In this document: piece after piece, positions 58,549 through 64,000 of the stretch | How positions within the stretch are numbered: position 1 is the stretch's first letter | Layout: each line of letters opens with the position of its first letter | Assembly (NCBI GenBank): GCA_003646415.1 | Contig: QNFS01000001.1 | Span: 15,068 to 79,067 of the forward strand | Reading direction: 5' to 3' | Source of the DNA: Gammaproteobacteria bacterium | GTDB lineage: Bacteria > Pseudomonadota > Gammaproteobacteria > Pseudomonadales > Halieaceae | DNA: 64,000 nucleotides | Position numbers and translations under genes: made by a program | The notes under the pieces: model-generated | Databases searched by the model: none | Seen by the model: only the letters and a program-made list of their open reading frames with translations | What the model was told of the DNA's origin: nothing

Positions 58549-60150
58549 ATGGCATCCCGTCACCAACAGCAAGTACTGATTATCGGCAGTGGCGCTGCCG
58601 GTCTCAGCCTTGCCCTACGCCTGCCCGGCCACTATCGGGTGGCGATGCTGTCCAAGGCCGACCTGAACCAGGGGTCAACCTACTGGGCCCAGGGCGGCAT
58701 GGCCGCGGTACTGCATAACAGGGACACTGTCAATTCACACGTCCAGGACACTCTCGCCGCCGGTGCGGGCCTGTGTCACCGCGAGGCTGTGGAATTTACC
58801 GTGCGCAACAGCCGGCGTTGTGTTGAATGGCTGGTGGAACAGGGGGTCGACTTCGACCTGCGGGAAGACCAAAGCGATCGACAGGACCGGGAATTCCACC
58901 TGACCATGGAGGGTGGCCACAGCCACCGGCGGATTATTCACGCCGCAGACCGCACCGGGCGGGCCATCTCCGAAGTGTTAACGGAGCGGGCTCTGGCTGC
59001 AACCAATATAGAGATTTTCACTCATCGGGTGGCAGTCGATCTGGTCGTGGACCAGGGCCGCTGTCAGGGCGCCTACATTCTCAACCAGCAGACTGGCCAT
59101 GTGGATCTGTTCCAGGCCGGGGCGGTGATACTGGCGACCGGGGGGGCGAGCAAGGCCTATCTCTATACCAGTAACCCCGACGGGGCCAGCGGTGACGGCA
59201 TCGCCATGGCCTGGCGCGCCGGCTGCCGGGTTGCCAATCTGGAATTCAACCAGTTTCACCCCACCTGCCTGTACCATCCCAAAGCCAAGTCTTTCCTGAT
59301 TACCGAAGCCATCCGCGGGGAAGGTGGCAAACTGTTACTGCCCGATGGCCAGCGCTTCATGCAGCATTTCCACGAGCAGGCAGAGCTGGCGCCGCGAGAC
59401 GTGGTAGCAAGGGCAATTGACCACGAGATGAAACGCCTGGGCGCAGATTGCGTATTCCTGGACATCTCCCACAAGTCGCGGGACTTCCTGCAAAGTCATT
59501 TCCCCACTGTCATGTCGCGCTGTGAAGAATTTGGCATAGATATCAGCACTGAGCCCATTCCGGTGGTCCCCGCCGCTCACTACACCTGTGGTGGTATCAT
59601 GGTCGATACCAACGGTCGCACCGACGTCACCGGGCTCTACGCCATTGGGGAAGCTTCCTGCACCGGACTGCATGGTGCCAACCGTATGGCCAGCAACTCC
59701 CTGCTTGAGTGCATCGTCTACGCCGAAGCCGCCGCCGCACACATCAGCGAGACCGTGGACCAGAACGACACCTTCATTGACGCAGCCCCCTGGGATGAAA
59801 GCCAGGTGACCGATTCGGACGAGGATGTGGTGATCTCCCACAACTGGGACGAGTTGCGCCGCTTTATGTGGGACTACGTGGGGATCGTGCGCACCAACAA
59901 ACGGCTACAGCGAGCCCAGCACCGGGTACAGATGCTACAGGCGGAAATCGCCGAGTACTACAGCAACTACAAGGTCAGCAATGACCTGCTGGAATTGCGC
60001 AATCTGGCTATGGTGGCACAGTTGATGATCCGCTGCGCTATCTCTCGCAAGGAAAGCCGCGGCCTGCACTACACCCTTGACTATCCACAGCAACTGGCCG
60101 AGGCAAAGGACACGGTGTTGCAGCCAGAGAACTCACCCCTGCAGGGATAA
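58549..60150 (+). CDS. nadB: L-aspartate oxidase
   Basis: The ATG at 58549 gives [23 protein letters not shown] (FAD fold). Divergent from rpoE, as in enterics and pseudomonads. Confidence 0.9.
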   Translation: MASRHQQQVLIIGSGAAGLSLALRLPGHYRVAMLSKADLNQGSTYWAQGGMAAVLHNRDTVNSHVQDTLAAGAGLCHREAVEFTVRNSRRCVEWLVEQGVDFDLREDQSDRQDREFHLTMEGGHSHRRIIHAADRTGRAISEVLTERALAATNIEIFTHRVAVDLVVDQGRCQGAYILNQQTGHVDLFQAGAVILATGGASKAYLYTSNPDGASGDGIAMAWRAGCRVANLEFNQFHPTCLYHPKAKSFLITEAIRGEGGKLLLPDGQRFMQHFHEQAELAPRDVVARAIDHEMKRLGADCVFLDISHKSRDFLQSHFPTVMSRCEEFGIDISTEPIPVVPAAHYTCGGIMVDTNGRTDVTGLYAIGEASCTGLHGANRMASNSLLECIVYAEAAAAHISETVDQNDTFIDAAPWDESQVTDSDEDVVISHNWDELRRFMWDYVGIVRTNKRLQRAQHRVQMLQAEIAEYYSNYKVSNDLLELRNLAMVAQLMIRCAISRKESRGLHYTLDYPQQLAEAKDTVLQPENSPLQG

Positions 60151-60558
60151 TCTGGCACGCAGACAACGCAGTTGTCGCGGTGGCGCGCTGTCCACAAATA
60201 ACCAGACTGAGCCGCGGCGACCAGCAGGTAACTCCCGCCAGGCCAGATAAATCACCCAGGGCAAGCATGTGCTGTTGGAGCAGAGGCGAACCGCCCGGTT
60301 GATTGCACCGTGCTCCACTGTCCAGCTTCCACACCGCCAGCACACAACCGCACCGGCCATAGGCTCACAGCGCAGCCGCCACAAGATAAAACTGACCGGC
60401 GGCAGTAGTATAAGAGCCAGGACCGGGTAGCCCCTGGCGTACAACAGGTAAAGCGCAAAACAGACACACAGGCAGAACGCCCCGTGCAGAATACGGCGAA
60501 GCCTCGACTTACCTATGATCAGCCGGAGTGCGGGTGAACTCGAGTATTTTACTGACAA
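60133..60558 (-). CDS. ygfX: YgfX (CptA)-like inner membrane protein
   Basis: Two TM helices, then a Trp/Arg-rich C-terminal domain, immediately after sdhE. It overlaps sdhE by 50 nt and the nadB 3' end by 18 nt. Confidence 0.6.
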   Translation of the reverse strand: MSVKYSSSPALRLIIGKSRLRRILHGAFCLCVCFALYLLYARGYPVLALILLPPVSFILWRLRCEPMAGAVVCWRCGSWTVEHGAINRAVRLCSNSTCLPWVIYLAWRELPAGRRGSVWLFVDSAPPRQLRCLRARLSLQG

Positions 60559-60775
60559 TTACGGCTAGCTCCTCGTCCCGGGGTTGCTCACGCCCCAAAA
60601 ACCAGGCGAACAGATCCTGGTCCTCGCAGATCATCAACTGCTGAAACCGCTCCTGATCCCTCTCATCAAGAGCGGCATAGCGTGCAGTCACAAAAGGCTC
60701 CAACACCAGATCCAGTTCCAGCATGCCGCGCCTGGTGGCCCAGCGCACACGATTGATTTCTTCGTTCGATATCAT
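60509..60775 (-). CDS. sdhE: FAD assembly factor SdhE
   Basis: RVRWATRRGMLELD signature and DQDLFAWF. ATG at 60775. Confidence 0.85.
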   Translation of the reverse strand: MISNEEINRVRWATRRGMLELDLVLEPFVTARYAALDERDQERFQQLMICEDQDLFAWFLGREQPRDEELAVIVSKILEFTRTPADHR

Positions 60776-60953
60776 ACCAGTACAATTATCCCGGGGGGCT
60801 ATCAAAGTGCGTTATTATATCGTCAAATTCAGTCAGTGGCGCACTAACCGACAAACAGCGCGCCAGCCAATAAGAATTACTGACAGCGACGTCTACAGCG
60901 TCTATTATTAGCGGCCCACAACCTATTCATTACAGTACATTAGGTAGCCACTC

Positions 60954-61886
60954 TTGACTTGCCAATACAGCCTGCTGCAACAAGAGGCCCTGCTACACAT
61001 CGAGGGGCCTGATTCACTGACTTTCCTGCAGGGGCAGACCACCTGCGACACCCGCAACCTGGACCCGGAGCGAGCCCTCACTGGCATTTACTGCACGCCG
61101 CAGGGCCGAGTAGTCTGCGATTTTCTGCTCAGCCAACTGGCCGAGGATCATTACGCCTTGCGCATGCGCCGCAACATCCGCGCCAGTAGCAGCGCCACCT
61201 TCGGCAAATACATCATATTCTCCAAGGCGGAGCTGGACGACCAGCGGGACGACTGGCAGGTGGTGGCGTGCTGGGGGCCGGGTGCGGCGCCCGCCCTGTG
61301 TGAAATATTCGGCATCGCGCCCACCGCGAGCTTTGGCGCCTGCGCTGGCGACGACTTTGTCCTGGTCCAGGTCGATGAGGGCGGCCAGCAATTTGAATGT
61401 TACCTGGACAGTAAAACCAATCCGCAGCGGCTGACGCAGATAGGCGAGCTTATGCAGCCATCCACCGAGACCGAGTGGCAGGCACTGCAAATTGCCAGTG
61501 GCATCGGACGTATCGAGACCGCAACCGTGGAGGAATTCATCCCCCAGATGCTCAACTACGACCTCACTGGTCATATCAGCTTCAACAAGGGCTGCTACAC
61601 CGGCCAGGAGGTCGTCGCCCGCCTGCACTACCGGGGTAAGCCCAAGCGCCGCATGTACCTGGCCGAATTGCCGGGTACCGAACCGGCGGTAGCGGGCACA
61701 CCCCTGTTCAGCACCGGCACGGAGCAGAGCGTGGGCAATGTGGTCAACAGTGTCCTTACTGACGGAAAAGTAGCGGGGTTGGTTGTGGCGACTGCCAGCG
61801 GGCTGGAAAACGGGCTTTATCTGGGCGCCAAGGATGGTCTGGTCTTGAGTATCGGGGAGTTGCCTTACTCATTGAAGTCTGACTGA
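60954..61886 (+). CDS. ygfZ: folate-binding protein YgfZ
   Basis: KGCYTGQEVVARLHYRGKPKRRMY signature. TTG start as given by the track. Confidence 0.85.
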   Translation: MTCQYSLLQQEALLHIEGPDSLTFLQGQTTCDTRNLDPERALTGIYCTPQGRVVCDFLLSQLAEDHYALRMRRNIRASSSATFGKYIIFSKAELDDQRDDWQVVACWGPGAAPALCEIFGIAPTASFGACAGDDFVLVQVDEGGQQFECYLDSKTNPQRLTQIGELMQPSTETEWQALQIASGIGRIETATVEEFIPQMLNYDLTGHISFNKGCYTGQEVVARLHYRGKPKRRMYLAELPGTEPAVAGTPLFSTGTEQSVGNVVNSVLTDGKVAGLVVATASGLENGLYLGAKDGLVLSIGELPYSLKSD

Positions 61887-61942
61887 TCATCTGTTGCGCT
61901 TAGTGCTACGGCCGGCCCGAGCCCAAGCCCCCATGGATCGGT

Positions 61943-62644
61943 TCACGGCTGTGCAGGCAAAGACCAGTCGATAGGCGCTTCCCCGCGACCCTGCAGATAG
62001 TTATTGGCCGCAACAAAATGACCACAGCCAAAAAAACCGCGGTGGGCGCTCAGGGGCGAGGGATGGGGTGCTTTTAGTACACAGTGGCGCTGGCTGTCGA
62101 TGAGCGCGCCTTTACGCTGGGCATAGCTGCCCCACAGCATGAACACCACACCCTCTCGCTCCCGGTTGACCACGTCTATGACCCGGTCGGTGAACGTCTC
62201 CCAGCCCTTGCCCCGATGGGAAGCGGCCCTGGCGCATTCCACCGATAACACGGCGTTGAGCAATAACACGCCCTGGTCCGCCCAGGCGGTAAGGTGGCCG
62301 TGATTGGGGGTGGGCAGGCCCAGTTCAGCGTGAATTTCCTTGTAGATATTCTTCAGGGAGGGCGGCACGGCGACACCGGGTTTCACCGAAAAACACAGGC
62401 CGTGGGCCTGGCCCTCACCGTGGTAGGGGTCCTGCCCCAGGATAACTACCTTGACTTTGTCCAGGGGGGTATGGGCAAACGCATTGAAGAACTCTTTACC
62501 AGCGGGGAAGATACGCTTGCCGGCCTGTTTTTCAACCCGCAGAAATGCCCGTAAGTCCTGCATATAGGTTTGCTCGAACTCCGGAGCCAGCCTGGCCAGC
62601 CAACTGGGCTCAAGTTGAATTGCATTATCCTGGGTGGCCATCAC
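61943..62644 (-). CDS. ung: uracil-DNA glycosylase
   Basis: GQDPYHG and HPSPLSA motifs. Confidence 0.95.
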   Translation of the reverse strand: MMATQDNAIQLEPSWLARLAPEFEQTYMQDLRAFLRVEKQAGKRIFPAGKEFFNAFAHTPLDKVKVVILGQDPYHGEGQAHGLCFSVKPGVAVPPSLKNIYKEIHAELGLPTPNHGHLTAWADQGVLLLNAVLSVECARAASHRGKGWETFTDRVIDVVNREREGVVFMLWGSYAQRKGALIDSQRHCVLKAPHPSPLSAHRGFFGCGHFVAANNYLQGRGEAPIDWSLPAQP

Positions 62645-62661
62645 GTCAGGTGTCCGCTCGG

Positions 62662-64000
62662 TCAGTTACAGGCGGCCATCAGGACAACCCGTTCATACAA
62701 CGCGGCGCCCTGCACCAGTCTGGCTGGCGCCACCGCGACGAGTTCCACCACGGCTGGATTCACTACAACAGGCGCCAGACACTTGCTGCGCTGCCTCTTA
62801 CTCGCTGCTGCATTCTCAATCTCGCCCAACGGCGCGGCATTGAAAGCCGCCTCGCGCCGTTCGGACGATACCTCTGTGTAGAGTGTGCTGCGCATACGCG
62901 GCTGGCGACCCGCAGCGCGAATTTGCCCCTCCATGTGGAGCGGAGCCCACTCCTGACCATGTTCGGAACCGGCGGCACGGGTGATGCTCTCATTCATCAG
63001 AGTACCACCCAGGTCGTTGACACCGGCATCGAGGCAGGCGGCGACGCCCGCCGCACCCATCTTCACCCAGGAGGCCTGGATATTGTCAATCAATCCATGC
63101 AATGCCAAGCGAGCCACCGCATGCATCAGGATGGCCTCGCGGAAACTGGGGCCACGGCGCGACTTGCCCTTGAGATACATGGGCGCTTCCATATGCACAA
63201 AGGGCAGAGGCACAAACTCGGTAAAACCCCCGGTGCGCTGCTGTAACTCCCGGATATGCAGCAAATGGCTGGCCCAGTGCCGGGGCTGGTCTATATGGCC
63301 ATACATGATGGTCGCCGTGGTGCGAAAGCCTTCATCATGGGCAGCCGCCATTACCTGTAACCATTGAGCGGTGTTGAGCTTGTCCGGGCACAACTGCTTG
63401 CGCACCTCCTCGTGCAATACTTCAGCCGCCGTGCCCGGCAGGGTATTGAGCCCCGCCACCCGCAATTGTCGCAAATATGTCGGCACATCCACGCCCAGGG
63501 TCTCTGCCCCCTGCCAGACTTCCAGTGGGGAAAATGCGTGAATGTGCATACCCGGTGTGGCGCTGCGCACGGTATGTAGAATATCCAGGTAGGTCTGGCC
63601 GGTGTAATCCGGATGTATTCCGCCCTGCATGCAGACCTCGGTAGCGCCCCGCTCCCAGGCCTCACTGCAGCGCCGGGCGATATCCTCGCCACTGATATCG
63701 TAGGGCCGGCCGCGCAGGCTCTCGCTCAGCTTACCCTTGGAAAACGCGCAGAACTGGCATTTGAAATAGCAGACGTTGGTATAGTTGATATTGCGATTGA
63801 CCACATAGCTTACCCGGTCGCCATTCACCTGCTGCCGCAGCTGGTCCGCCTGGCGCACCACGTAGGCGAAGTCATCGCCACGGCTGTTGAACAGTCGCGT
63901 TATATCCGCCTCGTTGAGTTCACCCACGGTGCGACAGCGAGCGACTATATCGCGCACATCAGCAGAGACCACCTCCAACCGGGGGTTTCCGCTCAACAGT
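62662..64000 (-). CDS. cofH: FO (7,8-didemethyl-8-hydroxy-5-deazariboflavin) synthase, CofH domain. The 5' end may continue beyond the window (an FbiC-type fusion is possible).
   Basis: Radical-SAM motif [19 protein letters not shown] and a CofH-like body. The reading frame is still open at position 64000. About 60 aa of C-terminal extension have no motif I recognise. Confidence 0.75.
   Translation of the reverse strand, partial: LLSGNPRLEVVSADVRDIVARCRTVGELNEADITRLFNSRGDDFAYVVRQADQLRQQVNGDRVSYVVNRNINYTNVCYFKCQFCAFSKGKLSESLRGRPYDISGEDIARRCSEAWERGATEVCMQGGIHPDYTGQTYLDILHTVRSATPGMHIHAFSPLEVWQGAETLGVDVPTYLRQLRVAGLNTLPGTAAEVLHEEVRKQLCPDKLNTAQWLQVMAAAHDEGFRTTATIMYGHIDQPRHWASHLLHIRELQQRTGGFTEFVPLPFVHMEAPMYLKGKSRRGPSFREAILMHAVARLALHGLIDNIQASWVKMGAAGVAACLDAGVNDLGGTLMNESITRAAGSEHGQEWAPLHMEGQIRAAGRQPRMRSTLYTEVSSERREAAFNAAPLGEIENAAASKRQRSKCLAPVVVNPAVVELVAVAPARLVQGAALYERVVLMAACN

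Overview
This 64-kb window looks like core chromosome of a fairly GC-rich gammaproteobacterium. The taxon is inferred from gene content and synteny only. I could support about 60 protein-coding genes. Most are recognisable housekeeping genes in conserved blocks:
- glcDEF
- the large NAD-glutamate dehydrogenase gdhB
- a MoxR/DUF58/DUF4381/VWA/BatD (Bat-like) operon
- pepN-DUF2797-yeaC-rhomboid-nadK
- trpS, apeB, uppP, tsaB, mobA and adk
- mazG-relA-cysM
- acpS-recO-era-rnc-DUF4845-lepB-lepA
- degP-rseCBA-rpoE, divergent from nadB
- sdhE-ygfX, ygfZ, ung, and a CofH/FbiC-type FO synthase running off the right edge

I found no rRNA, tRNA, CRISPR array, transposase, or recognisable phage or defence gene.

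The parts worth a second look are:
1. An AT-rich two-gene islet at about 940-2340. It is preceded by a triplicated ~70-bp module, and each copy carries a TTGACA-N17-TAAAGT promoter-like signal. One copy also holds an 11-nt homopolymer.
2. A near-consensus LexA box in front of an unannotated mini-operon of two tiny ORFs and a 155-aa orphan protein (34.59-35.44 kb).
3. A 710-aa fusion of an uncharacterised N-terminal domain with an acyl-ACP-reductase-like domain that keeps the active-site Cys context.
4. Four signs of gene decay or sequence error: an in-frame TAG in glcF, a 2-nt frameshift in mazG, and internally deleted remnants of a DUF3604 gene and a DUF3524 glycosyltransferase gene.

Everything here comes from reading the sequence and the ORF translations and from remembered family motifs. 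No database search was run.
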